The notes beneath the pieces are model-generated. The model was not told where the DNA came from. It saw only the letters and a program-made list of their open reading frames with translations, and made no database searches. The position numbers and the translations under genes are program-made. Below, in pieces: positions 1 to 9,623 of a stretch of DNA of 64,000 bases. How positions within the stretch are numbered: position 1 is the first letter of the stretch; every line of letters starts with the position of its first letter. Source of the DNA: Chloroflexota bacterium (lineage in GTDB: Bacteria; Chloroflexota; Anaerolineae; Anaerolineales; E44-bin32); the NCBI GenBank assembly GCA_022561215.1, contig JADFRQ010000012.1:3247-67246 (forward strand). The letters run 5' to 3'.

Positions 1-1010
1 GGGAGGGTCATCAAAGGATCGCCAATTTCTCTCTCAGCTTCTCCTTGAGGAATCCAATTAAACATCAGGGGTCCTTGTGGATTGGCTGTGAAACCATTTT
101 TGTAACCTGCATCACGAGCCAATTCCACAGAACGGTTGGTGAAGTTACCCCCGGGCCAGATGTAGGCCGTGGGACGATATCCGAAATGACCCATCTGAAT
201 TGGAATGGGTGAGAATAACTCCTCACGGATGATTTGCTCGCTTGTCTCTTTAACAATGTATTCGTGCCTGTATCCATGCGATTGGAAATCGAGGCGGCCA
301 CCTTCGGCGAGAAATTCCATCCAGTTCCAAAGATAGTCCCGCTGATCCTCGATGATCCACGCCAGTGTAAGGGTCCAATCATTTTTCACGAGGTAGGGAA
401 GAAATCTTTCCGTGACTCCTGGTCGTCGATCGTCAAGGATCAAAATCATTGTACGTGGGGGTATTCGTGCATTGCTGCGCAAAAATGCATCAAGTTCTGT
501 GGTTGTGATGGTCTCGAATCCTAATTCTCTGGCGTGGCCAAGAACAGCATCAAAATACTCTTCGGTGATGGAGGTGTCATCGATCAATGGACGTCCAGAT
601 TTTCTAACCGTGTGAAACATTATTGGGGCCACAATTGTCCCTGGAGGGCTGCGATCTGGATCCCAGCGCAAGCGCAGGTACTCGCAGCGATCCTGAACAT
701 ACTGGACGGGTTCAACTCCTGCGTTCAGATCTTCAGGGAAAAATAATTCCCCTTCGAATGGGCTCGGAGTTGGGCGTTCTGCCGGTTCGACAGTTGTTGG
801 AAGGGGTGTTGGCATCGTAGCTGTTGGTTGTGGGACGTTGCTCGCTCGAGGCGTTGAAGATGGTACCCGTGTGGGCGTAGGCAGATCGGATGCAGTGCAG
901 GAGGCAAGCAAGATTCCGGCACCAACAAGAATCAAACGCAACCCTGCTCCAGGCGAACGGACCTCATTCACTCTGTTTGCGATGGAAGACAGGTTCGTAA
1001 TCCATTTCAT
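1..1010 (-). CDS. Polysaccharide deacetylase (CE4/NodB, PgaB/IcaB-like) lipoprotein; runs off the window edge
   Basis: Absent from the ORF track (no stop in window). Manual translation from ATG at 1010: MKWITN...ILLASC (lipobox), T/P linker, PIMFH, ILDDR (motif 1-like), QSHGYRH (motif 2), IWPGG (motif 3). Confidence 0.75.
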   Translation of the reverse strand, partial: MKWITNLSSIANRVNEVRSPGAGLRLILVGAGILLASCTASDLPTPTRVPSSTPRASNVPQPTATMPTPLPTTVEPAERPTPSPFEGELFFPEDLNAGVEPVQYVQDRCEYLRLRWDPDRSPPGTIVAPIMFHTVRKSGRPLIDDTSITEEYFDAVLGHARELGFETITTTELDAFLRSNARIPPRTMILILDDRRPGVTERFLPYLVKNDWTLTLAWIIEDQRDYLWNWMEFLAEGGRLDFQSHGYRHEYIVKETSEQIIREELFSPIPIQMGHFGYRPTAYIWPGGNFTNRSVELARDAGYKNGFTANPQGPLMFNWIPQGEAEREIGDPLMTL

Positions 1011-1373
1011 CGAAATTTATGATGTCCGCTTCTCTGGCGCTGCGCCGAGGGGAAAAAGCCAGAATGGGCCGCTGCGAGCTATGGGGTGGCTTATAGCAGA
1101 GATGAAGGGCAAATGGATGTTGGTCAACATTAGTTTACCTATGGGCTTTTTCCTCGAAAGATATCCCCGCTTCTTTCTGCAAGGGTTCTTTCACTTGCTC
1201 AGGAGGCACCGATCGCCGTCTAGTTTATCAGGTCTCTCGATGGGATCAATTAACAATCTTCTTGCAAGCTTTCCTTAAAGCGATGCAAATAACCATAGCT
1301 GTTTCTCCACACGATTTCTCCTTTGCGGGAATGCACCTTGCCACCCGATTTGAGCTAGGTTAAAGTATAGTTT

Positions 1374-3377
1374 ATGAAATCGAAAGTTAATTCCTTTGCA
1401 AAAACCCTCGCAATATCATGGAGACTACTGACAGAGGGTGAATTATTTCTGCTTTTCCCCGAGGATGATCCGCGAGATGTGCTCGGCAAGGAAATGACGC
1501 CCGAAATTGGTGATCTTTTTTCAGGGACCGCGCCCGCCTCTCAAGTTGTGATTGGCAAACATACCTGGCGTCTGGCAACGACCAATGGATTCGATCCCAA
1601 GTTTTCCTTGCTCGCATCAGCATTAAGAGATGGTCCCTGGGATGAATTGCTCCATGGCTGGATTTCGCTGCTATCCGACTTCTCAAGAGTGGAAGATATC
1701 GCAAAGGATTTGGTCGTTGAACTCGTAAAGGCCTGGGATCGGTTAAGTTTTCTGTTCGAATTGACGAAAATTGCCGGACGTTCGTCTGGACAGGAAGAGA
1801 TGCTGCATATGATTGTCGATTCCCTTGCCGAAGTAATCGATGCCGGAGACATTATTATTAGCGTCGATTCCGTTGGGGGGAGGACAACCATTCTCTCTTC
1901 CGAAGCAGATTTTTCCATTCCTATGGAATTGTATTTAAAAATCAAACAGGCATCTTCACCCATGAGTTATTCAGATGTGAAGCGGATTTATCCTGAGGCG
2001 GAGAGGATCTACGCCGATGTCGACGATTTGATCATTGCACCGCTCCCGGCGCCTGAAGGTGCATACGGCCTGTTGGGCTTTGTTAAAACGAACAAAGGTG
2101 AATACGATGCCAGCGAAGCGCAGTTGCTTGCCTCGGTTGCAGAACATATCGGCGCGCTGATTGAAGCTTCGCAGGCGCGCCATTCGCGGGAAGATGCAGA
2201 ACGCCTAGAAAGAGAATTGTCCATTGCTGCGGATATTCAAGCCAATCTTCTCCCCGTCAGGCTGCCGGAGGTCGCGGGCTGTGAGTTAAGTGCTCATCTT
2301 CAGCCAGCTCGACGTATCGGCGGCGATTTTTACGATGTAGCACATTTGAGAACTGGCGAACCAATCCTGATGCTGGCAGATGTATCTGGAAAAGGGATGC
2401 CGGCGGCGATCTTGACCGCGGTTGTGCATGCAACATTTCATGGTGAGGCTCCGTATCAACGTGATCCTGCACAGTTGTTATCCGAAATAAATCGCTCCAT
2501 TTACCCCGATCTCGAAAAAGCACAGGCTTTTGTCACAGCTGCAGTTGCCAGGATTGATTCGGACCCGCTAAGGGTGGCCTATTCTTCTGCCGGGCATGTC
2601 GAAGCCGCCATTTGGCGCAAACGACGCCAGTGGATAGAGTTTTTGCCGGCCACAGGTTTACCGCTAGGCGTGCAACGAGTGTTAAGCTGCAGGACAAAGG
2701 AAGTTGCCCTTGATCCAGGCGATGTTCTCCTGCTCTATTCCGATGGGGTCACAGAGGCCGAGAATCGGGACGGCGAAGTGTTTGGGGCCCAAAGGCTATC
2801 GGATATAATGGAAGCCGTTCATCCGGCATCGGCGGCGGATCAGATCCTCAACATATTGAAGGCTGTGGAGACATTCTGCCGAGACCTTCCATTAAGAGAT
2901 GACTTAACAATGGTCCTATTAAGAGCCGAGGATGATGATGCAGATGAAACCATCATTCCCTTTGTTTTCTCAAGCGATTCAAATGCAATCAGTCCATTTG
3001 TGGAATGGGCATGGGGGAAAATATCGCCTTTCGCAACAGCCGGCGGAACACCCGATTTAGTCGATGAATTCACGCTGGCGTTAAGCGAAGTGGTGACCAA
3101 CCAAAGCAAACACGCCTACGATCGCTCGAGTGGTTTGATCATGGGTAGATTAAGTCTTTCGTCGAAAGAGTGGCGGGCTGATCTCTTCGATAGAGGCGAA
3201 GGATTTGACCCTTTTATAGGAGAAGAGTTTGAAATGGACCCTGATGATCCGCCCATGAATGGATATGGACTTCGAATAATTAAATCGGCTCTGGATACAT
3301 ACAAATACGAAAGGCAACGCGATAATCGAAATCATTGGACCTTGACAAAAATATTAATGGGAGAAGAAAGGGAATGA
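1374..3377 (+). CDS. GAF + SpoIIE/RsbU PP2C phosphatase + RsbW-like HATPase (anti-sigma kinase) fusion
   Basis: GGDFYD, ADVSGKG, YSDGVTE and DDLT PP2C motifs; C-terminal EVVTN...H, DRGEGFDP, GYGL. Confidence 0.9.
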   Translation: MKSKVNSFAKTLAISWRLLTEGELFLLFPEDDPRDVLGKEMTPEIGDLFSGTAPASQVVIGKHTWRLATTNGFDPKFSLLASALRDGPWDELLHGWISLLSDFSRVEDIAKDLVVELVKAWDRLSFLFELTKIAGRSSGQEEMLHMIVDSLAEVIDAGDIIISVDSVGGRTTILSSEADFSIPMELYLKIKQASSPMSYSDVKRIYPEAERIYADVDDLIIAPLPAPEGAYGLLGFVKTNKGEYDASEAQLLASVAEHIGALIEASQARHSREDAERLERELSIAADIQANLLPVRLPEVAGCELSAHLQPARRIGGDFYDVAHLRTGEPILMLADVSGKGMPAAILTAVVHATFHGEAPYQRDPAQLLSEINRSIYPDLEKAQAFVTAAVARIDSDPLRVAYSSAGHVEAAIWRKRRQWIEFLPATGLPLGVQRVLSCRTKEVALDPGDVLLLYSDGVTEAENRDGEVFGAQRLSDIMEAVHPASAADQILNILKAVETFCRDLPLRDDLTMVLLRAEDDDADETIIPFVFSSDSNAISPFVEWAWGKISPFATAGGTPDLVDEFTLALSEVVTNQSKHAYDRSSGLIMGRLSLSSKEWRADLFDRGEGFDPFIGEEFEMDPDDPPMNGYGLRIIKSALDTYKYERQRDNRNHWTLTKILMGEERE

Positions 3378-3724
3378 ATATCGAGGTTGAACACCCCAAT
3401 TCTGAAAATGTAATCGTGCGTCCAAAGGGCAGAATTGATGTTGAATCAGCCCCAATATTGAGAGATAATTTAAAATCCATTGCCAATAAATCACCGAAAC
3501 TTGTGGTAGTTGATTTGAGTGAAGTTGAGTTTATCGATAGTTCCGGTTTATCTGCACTGGTCTCCGGGCTTAAAGCATTGCGTCAAGAAGGGGGATCGAT
3601 CAGTTTATGCAGGCCCCATCCTCAAGCCCTAACCGCACTTCGTTTAACCTTGCTTGATCGCGTATTTCCAATATTTCCAAGTGTAGAGGAAGCGCTGGAA
3701 CAAGTTAATCCGCTAATGCCCTAG
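3374..3724 (+). CDS. STAS-domain anti-sigma factor antagonist (RsbV/SpoIIAA-like)
   Basis: GRID...VDLSEVEFIDSSGL with the phospho-Ser; ATGA overlap with the upstream stop. Confidence 0.9.
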   Translation: MNIEVEHPNSENVIVRPKGRIDVESAPILRDNLKSIANKSPKLVVVDLSEVEFIDSSGLSALVSGLKALRQEGGSISLCRPHPQALTALRLTLLDRVFPIFPSVEEALEQVNPLMP

Positions 3725-3733
3725 GTTCTAATA

Positions 3734-4120
3734 GTGAAGCAACGCGTCCTTGTTGTAGATGATGAAATGTATATTTGTCAAATCGTCCGCCTCGTGCTTG
3801 AGGAAGCGGGTTATGAAGTGCTCGAAGCGAATACTGCAGAATCAGGGCTAAGGATTCTTAAGGAAGCAATTCCCGACGCACTAACGGTTGATCTGATTAT
3901 GCCCGGTCTTAAAGAGCCAGAATTTGGAGGGCTCGATTTGCTCGAAGAAATGCAATTGGATCCGAGCATACGTGAAATCCCATCATTGTTGCTGACGGCG
4001 GCAGGGATGCGGGCAGAAAATGAGATTGAACGCGCGCTCGAGATCGGTGCGCGGGCGACGTTACGGAAGCCATTCAGCCAGCGCCAGCTTGTCGAAGCTG
4101 TGCATGGGCTTTTGAATTGA
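3734..4120 (+). CDS. Single-domain response regulator (CheY-like receiver)
   Basis: VLVVDD, VDLIMP, LTA, KPF. Confidence 0.9.
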   Translation: MKQRVLVVDDEMYICQIVRLVLEEAGYEVLEANTAESGLRILKEAIPDALTVDLIMPGLKEPEFGGLDLLEEMQLDPSIREIPSLLLTAAGMRAENEIERALEIGARATLRKPFSQRQLVEAVHGLLN

Positions 4121-4489
4121 TCCATGCCCGCCTTCCGCCAATTTAGTGAAGCAACAAGCGAAAAATATGATTCTCTGGCAACCATCCATCATAGCCGGGC
4201 CGTTTTCTATTTTCTCTTTGGGATAAGGCAGGAGCATGCACAGCACGCTGCGGCGCGGGGGTTAGCTTGTTGCGGGGATGAATGGCAAGTAGTATCGGGG
4301 CGGCTGTTCCCTCCTAAGAGCTTTTCCGCGGATAGTGCCCCTCCGATAAAGAGCATTTTGCTGCGAAGTTCTGACTTAATCCCCAGGATGTGAGCTCCGA
4401 CCAGCAAAACTGAAAAATGAAGTCTGTTATTTTTCCTGACCCCCATGAAAATAAGAGAAGACTCGCTAATCTTAAGAAATGCGCGCTAA

Positions 4490-5284
4490 ATGAGTGGTCT
4501 GACAATCGATCAAACGGTCCAAATCATTGCTCTGATCATGCTGATAGGGCTCGTTATATTTGCATGGATGGGTTGGCGCCAAATACAGTCTGCAAGCCGC
4601 TTACCATTTTTTATGCTGCGACGCCGCAGGATCAGCCAGGGATGGCGACTATTGATTGTGGCCTTTTTCTTTGCGTTGTTGGTTTTGTTTACTTCTCTAT
4701 TTGGAAGGCAGGTAGCCTACACGATTATCCCGCCAACACCTTCCATTACCCCAACACCGACGATGACCCTGCTGCCTACTATCACGCTTACGCCGACGAT
4801 AACGCCGATTCCGTCCATTACGCCCACTCCCTCCATCACACCAACACCGACGATCACGGCAACTCCCGCACTGCCGCAGTTCTTTAAAGAGCAAATCGAA
4901 TTTCAGTTGACACCCAATCCGCAATCTGTGTTTAGTGAAATTATTGTCGCTCAACGGATGGGCGAATTTAACCAGCCCATCGAACCCTCCGAATCTTTTA
5001 ATCTTCCACTGGGTCGGCTGTATGGAACCTTTACCTATGACAATTTAGTGGATGGCGTGCAGTGGACGTCGCTCTGGTACAAGGAGGGTGAAATAATTTG
5101 CTCAGAATCCATACCCTGGGATGGGGACACCGGGGGTTTCGGTTTTACAGACTGTGATCCTGAGATGTGGAAAACTGGCGGGTATGAGATTCGCTTATTC
5201 CTGGGAAGTGAGTGGAAGATCTCGGCCCGTTTTCGGATTGAAGAACAAACCACTAGCACGCCCAGCACAACTCCAACACCGTAG
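4490..5284 (+). CDS. Membrane protein with 2 TM segments, Thr/Pro-rich linker and extracellular domain
   Basis: Two hydrophobic segments followed by TPSITPTP-type repeats. Confidence 0.75.
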   Translation: MSGLTIDQTVQIIALIMLIGLVIFAWMGWRQIQSASRLPFFMLRRRRISQGWRLLIVAFFFALLVLFTSLFGRQVAYTIIPPTPSITPTPTMTLLPTITLTPTITPIPSITPTPSITPTPTITATPALPQFFKEQIEFQLTPNPQSVFSEIIVAQRMGEFNQPIEPSESFNLPLGRLYGTFTYDNLVDGVQWTSLWYKEGEIICSESIPWDGDTGGFGFTDCDPEMWKTGGYEIRLFLGSEWKISARFRIEEQTTSTPSTTPTP

Positions 5285-5336
5285 CAGACCTCGGCAAGGC
5301 CAGCGAGGGGCAAGGGTGATTATGGTTATCTCGCCT

Positions 5337-6437
5337 CTAAGTCGATTCGTTTGCGATATCAAATGCAGCGTAAATCAGTGACTGGAGCGAGTTAAATCCT
5401 CGTTCAATCGGGTCAATTTCGATATATTCCTCAAGGCTATGTGCGCCTCCGCCTTTCGTGATGCCAACACAAACTGCGGGAAACCCCATGCTCAATGGGA
5501 TGCTGGCATCTGTAGATCCTGCCTCAAGATAACAGCGCTTTACGCCGACTGCGCGCAGCGAAGATTGCGCGGCAAGGACCAGCGCATGGTCTTGGGGAAG
5601 CCCACCGATCGGACGTTCGCCGATGGTTTTCAGATGCAATTTGATTTCCGCATTTTTGTACATTAAAACAGTGTTCTCAATTTCCTTCGAAAGTTTGGCA
5701 AGGTGATCGGCATCCTCCGATCTTAAGTCAATTTCAAAGTGAGCCCGGCTGGCGATGGTGTTGATGGTTGTGCCTCCATGCAGAATTCCAATGTTTAATG
5801 AGCTTTTCGGCGCATCGCCAAGTGGAATATTGAGAATTGATGCGCCGACCTCGATTAAGGCATGCACAGCAGATGGGCGCCCTTTATGAATCCAGGAATG
5901 ACCGCCGATTCCCTCGGCATCGAGCTGGAAACGGCGGATAGGCAAACCGCGATGGTAAATATGGCCAAACGCCATACCCTCGATAATGATGTATGCGGAT
6001 ACCTTTTTGCCAAATCGGGCGACGACATTTTTCATCCCCACTAGATTTCCTAGTCCTTCCTCACCAATATTCGCCACCAGCCAAATATCCCCTGGAGGTG
6101 AGTTCCCCGAAATTTCAATCGCCAATTCCACCAGGATGGCAATACCAATGGCATTGTCCCCGACACCAGGACCAACCAGTCGGTCGGCAGTTCGGTGAGA
6201 ATCCAGAGGGGCATCAATAGGAAAAACCGAATCCAAGTGAGCGCTCACGATAACCGGATTCTGATTTCCGCCTGGAATTCGAAAGTAAACGTTGCCAATC
6301 GGATCCTGCTCTGCCGTGCCAATGGCAAGGCGGTTAAACTCCTTATGAAGCCACGCCGCACGTGCGCCTTCTGAAAAAGTTGGCGCGGGGATAGCCTGGA
6401 TGATAAGTGCACGTTCCAAAAGGGCTTCGAGATTCAC
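5337..6437 (-). CDS. M20/M25/M40 family metallo-hydrolase
   Basis: SAHLD, DN, GEEG, GGHS, AHSLEE. Confidence 0.85.
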   Translation of the reverse strand: MNLEALLERALIIQAIPAPTFSEGARAAWLHKEFNRLAIGTAEQDPIGNVYFRIPGGNQNPVIVSAHLDSVFPIDAPLDSHRTADRLVGPGVGDNAIGIAILVELAIEISGNSPPGDIWLVANIGEEGLGNLVGMKNVVARFGKKVSAYIIIEGMAFGHIYHRGLPIRRFQLDAEGIGGHSWIHKGRPSAVHALIEVGASILNIPLGDAPKSSLNIGILHGGTTINTIASRAHFEIDLRSEDADHLAKLSKEIENTVLMYKNAEIKLHLKTIGERPIGGLPQDHALVLAAQSSLRAVGVKRCYLEAGSTDASIPLSMGFPAVCVGITKGGGAHSLEEYIEIDPIERGFNSLQSLIYAAFDIANEST

Positions 6438-6439
6438 GC

Positions 6440-7450
6440 TTATATTTCTCGAACCGCGGGGCGTAATACCGAAAGCCTGGCCTCGGCGAGCTCGGGTAGG
6501 GCTTCGAGCGGATAAAGAGGCCCGATTCCTTCAATTGTCATCGAGGCCGATACCGATCCCCGGAGCGCGGCCTCAACCGGATCATGGGTGAGATCGAATC
6601 CCACGAGAAAACCTCCGCAAAACGAGTCGCCAGCGCCGGTAACGTCTATCATCCGGGCGGGATAAGCGGGAATATGCCAGCGACGCTTCGAATCATTATC
6701 CCAAATATATTGGCCGCGGGCACCATTTTTGATTATTGCGAATCGACATCCCATCGCGGTAAATGCTTCGGCCATTTCCCAAATATCATAATTCATCTTG
6801 TTGAAAAATGATTGCGCCTCATCATGGCTTGGCAAAAACGCATCCAGGCCATGCAGGAGCAAGGGCAGGTCGTCATGAAAATCTGGCACCATATAACGTG
6901 CAGAAGGATCCAGGATAATGAATGGATTTCCCCTTTCCTTGATCGATTGCGGGAGCACTGCGTGGGTAACAAAATGAGCAGGCGCCATATGAACGGCTTG
7001 CAGTCGATCAAGATTTGCAGGCAGGTCCTCGGCTCGGATCGTCAGCGGGGTAAAATTTCTGCGATCATCCTGATCCTCTGTTGAAGAGTGATAGTCGAGT
7101 AAAAACTTGGGCAAGGGATGGTTAATGCGCAGGAAATGGGATGCCGGATTCGTATCGACTCTCTTTTCCTCTGAAAGGTAGGCATAAAAAGTGCGCGTAT
7201 CGAGATGCTGGGGAAGAATATGGATCCCCTGCGTTTCAATCCCGTTACGTTCTATTTTTTTCAACCAAACATCAGGGTAATTTGAACCCACGCGACTGAT
7301 AATTCCTACGGATTCTGACCACAATCTTGCACCGGCCGCGGCAAAAACTGCATTGCCGCCCAGAACACCGAGGTGCACCTGACCATCGTGAGTGATAAAA
7401 TAATCTTCCCGCATTCCCCCAATAAATAGATATTTGCTCAAATTGGTCAC
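6440..7450 (-). CDS. PfkB family carbohydrate kinase
   Basis: GGNA N-terminal signature; DVTGAGDSFCGGF. Confidence 0.9.
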   Translation of the reverse strand: MTNLSKYLFIGGMREDYFITHDGQVHLGVLGGNAVFAAAGARLWSESVGIISRVGSNYPDVWLKKIERNGIETQGIHILPQHLDTRTFYAYLSEEKRVDTNPASHFLRINHPLPKFLLDYHSSTEDQDDRRNFTPLTIRAEDLPANLDRLQAVHMAPAHFVTHAVLPQSIKERGNPFIILDPSARYMVPDFHDDLPLLLHGLDAFLPSHDEAQSFFNKMNYDIWEMAEAFTAMGCRFAIIKNGARGQYIWDNDSKRRWHIPAYPARMIDVTGAGDSFCGGFLVGFDLTHDPVEAALRGSVSASMTIEGIGPLYPLEALPELAEARLSVLRPAVREI

Positions 7451-7492
7451 CCTTGAAAAGGATTATAACGATCGAGATAAGGAGGAGCAATT

Positions 7493-8596
7493 ATGATTAA
7501 CTCACTTACCCAACAAATTGATCGCGCGCCTGATTACCTGGCTGCTGCCTGGCCAGCGGCTTACCAAGCCGCGTGTGCACTCCCGAAGTATAGGCTAGAA
7601 GGTTTGGATGAAATTCTACTATTGGGCTCCGGTGATTCCTATCACGCAGCTCTTGCCATTGAGATGGCAATTGCCCACTGGACTTCGAACAGGGTGCGGG
7701 CTGCTCCAGCCATGTTTGCCGGTCGTTATTTGCTGCCCCGTATGCGCGCGCGCGGCGTGCAAGGCTTGGTGGTGGGAATTAGCGCTTCAGGGGAGGTGGC
7801 TAGGACGATTGAGGCGCTAGAACTTGCCAATGATGGGGGTTTTCAGACCCTGGCCGTGACTTCGAATTCGAGGAGTACGCTCGCCATGACGGCAAACAGG
7901 ATAATCAAGATTTCGGTTCCAGAAATGGAGGTGGTTCCAGGTATTCTCAGCTACCTTGCATCCTTGCTGATGGGGTTTGCATTATGTGCGGTTTTGGCGA
8001 GTGAGCCGGCAGACGAGGAAATTACCGCGGGCATTACGCTCCTTCCTCAAATTTTGGACGATTGGGGAACTGCTCAACTCGAAAAAGTATCCCGGTTTGG
8101 AGAGAAAATAATCGGCCGGGAGCCGATCGTTTTCCTGGGCGCGGGGCCGGCCTATGGCTCTGCCTTATTTGCTGCGGCGAAAGTTGTGGAAGCAACAGGT
8201 GTGCAAGCATGGGGTCAGGAGCTTGAAGAATGGGCGCATCTTGAATATTTTTGTGAACCCGCGGCCATGCCAACATGGTTTCTGAGCTCTGGGGGCAGGG
8301 CAAACAGTCGAGAAAACGAGCTGCTTACCGCGGCGAAGGAGATCGGCCGAAAAGTCATCATTAACCGCTGGGCGATTAAGGCCGATTTACCTCGTAGCAC
8401 GATGGAGGTTCTTTCCCCATTCGGGCTTTGGCTAGGCCCCTCACTGTTCGCGGCTACATTAAGTGACCAGCTGGAGGAATCTCCCTTTCGAGGTTTTGGT
8501 GGCGGCCGCAGTGCACGGGAAGGAGGTGGGCCCAGTCGAATTCGATCAAGCGCCAGGGTAAAAAATTTTCAAGAATTAATGGAGCAGCATAAATGA
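7493..8596 (+). CDS. Double SIS-domain protein (GlmS C-terminal/FrlB-like sugar-phosphate isomerase or deglycase)
   Basis: LGSGDSY, GISASG, GAGP...AAKVVE, EEWAH. Confidence 0.8.
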   Translation: MINSLTQQIDRAPDYLAAAWPAAYQAACALPKYRLEGLDEILLLGSGDSYHAALAIEMAIAHWTSNRVRAAPAMFAGRYLLPRMRARGVQGLVVGISASGEVARTIEALELANDGGFQTLAVTSNSRSTLAMTANRIIKISVPEMEVVPGILSYLASLLMGFALCAVLASEPADEEITAGITLLPQILDDWGTAQLEKVSRFGEKIIGREPIVFLGAGPAYGSALFAAAKVVEATGVQAWGQELEEWAHLEYFCEPAAMPTWFLSSGGRANSRENELLTAAKEIGRKVIINRWAIKADLPRSTMEVLSPFGLWLGPSLFAATLSDQLEESPFRGFGGGRSAREGGGPSRIRSSARVKNFQELMEQHK

Positions 8597-8701
8597 CAAT
8601 ACATATTTATGAAGAAGCATCCTCGTTTAAAAAATTTGAATGTTAATGCAAAGGCATTTAATGTTTTAAGGTAATTGAGAAGGGATTTATTGGCAACAAT
8701 C

Positions 8702-8730
8702 TTTGCAGAGGCATTGAAAAGCGATATAAT
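8702..8730 (+). promoter_or_regulatory. Sigma70-like promoter upstream of the response regulator
   Basis: TTGCAG-like -35 at about 8703 and perfect TATAAT at 8725-8730. Confidence 0.5.
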
Positions 8731-8792
8731 GCAATTTGGCGGCAGCGAAGAATCCCTTTTGCTGCCAATTTTTTACCGCTGGGGTCTGCTGA

Positions 8793-9458
8793 ATGACGAT
8801 TGCCAATGTGTTACTAATTGAAAGCGGCAGAACCAGCGTTCCCTCCTTTGCGCCAGCACTTGAAAAAAAAGGCTACTCCGTAAGCATTCATCATAAGTTA
8901 GATCGTGCGCTCAAAGCCGCAGCAAAGAAATCTCCTGATATCGTCGTTCTAGACGCAGCCTCGATGAGAACATCAGGAACGCGCATGAGCCGCATTGTGC
9001 GATCTCAATTAAATGGATTGCCCATCATCCTGGTTTCTCCGGCGGGATCCAATCCCGATCCTGGAAACGGCGCAAGTATGACATTGATTCATCCATTTAC
9101 CCCACGCAAGTTGCTCAATCGTATTGCTCGTCTCCTTCCCGGCGATGATAGTTATATGATAGAAGTGGGACCCATCCGATTAAATTTGGCCCAACGTAAA
9201 GTATTTTCCTATGATAAAGAAGCGAGATTAACCCCTAAAGAAGCCAAGTTGCTTGAAGTTTTTATCCTCAACCCGGGTCGCTTGTTGACGCGTAAGGCTC
9301 TCATTCGCGAGGTGTGGCATACCGACTACACTGGCGATACCAGGACCCTGGATGTTCATATGAGTTGGCTCAGACAGGCGATTGAGCCGGATTCTACGCG
9401 GCCCATATTTTTGAAAACCATTCGAGGTATGGGTTACCGTTTCGATCTCCCCGATTAA
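8793..9458 (+). CDS. OmpR/PhoB family response regulator with atypical receiver
   Basis: wHTH LTPKE...LL, RTLDVH, LR, TIRGMGY; receiver has IES, VLD and HPF in place of KPF. Confidence 0.85.
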   Translation: MTIANVLLIESGRTSVPSFAPALEKKGYSVSIHHKLDRALKAAAKKSPDIVVLDAASMRTSGTRMSRIVRSQLNGLPIILVSPAGSNPDPGNGASMTLIHPFTPRKLLNRIARLLPGDDSYMIEVGPIRLNLAQRKVFSYDKEARLTPKEAKLLEVFILNPGRLLTRKALIREVWHTDYTGDTRTLDVHMSWLRQAIEPDSTRPIFLKTIRGMGYRFDLPD

Positions 9459-9623
9459 ATTGAACTAGTTTTATCCCCTATACCAGCGTGCGGCGCCCTT
9501 TGATGATTCCAACCGAGGTCCTGCATTAAATCTGGGTATGCATTAACGTGGAGGACGAGGACAGCTTTAGACAACGGGTTGCGCAGAGAAGAGCGCCGGC
9601 GCCCATTTCTGGTATTGCAACCA

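Noticed and set aside
4730-4870. Thr-Pro and Gly codon repeats (also 38905-38965, 39595-39625, 58790-58835) as DNA repeat elements
   Set aside because: They encode low-complexity protein linkers with varied codons.
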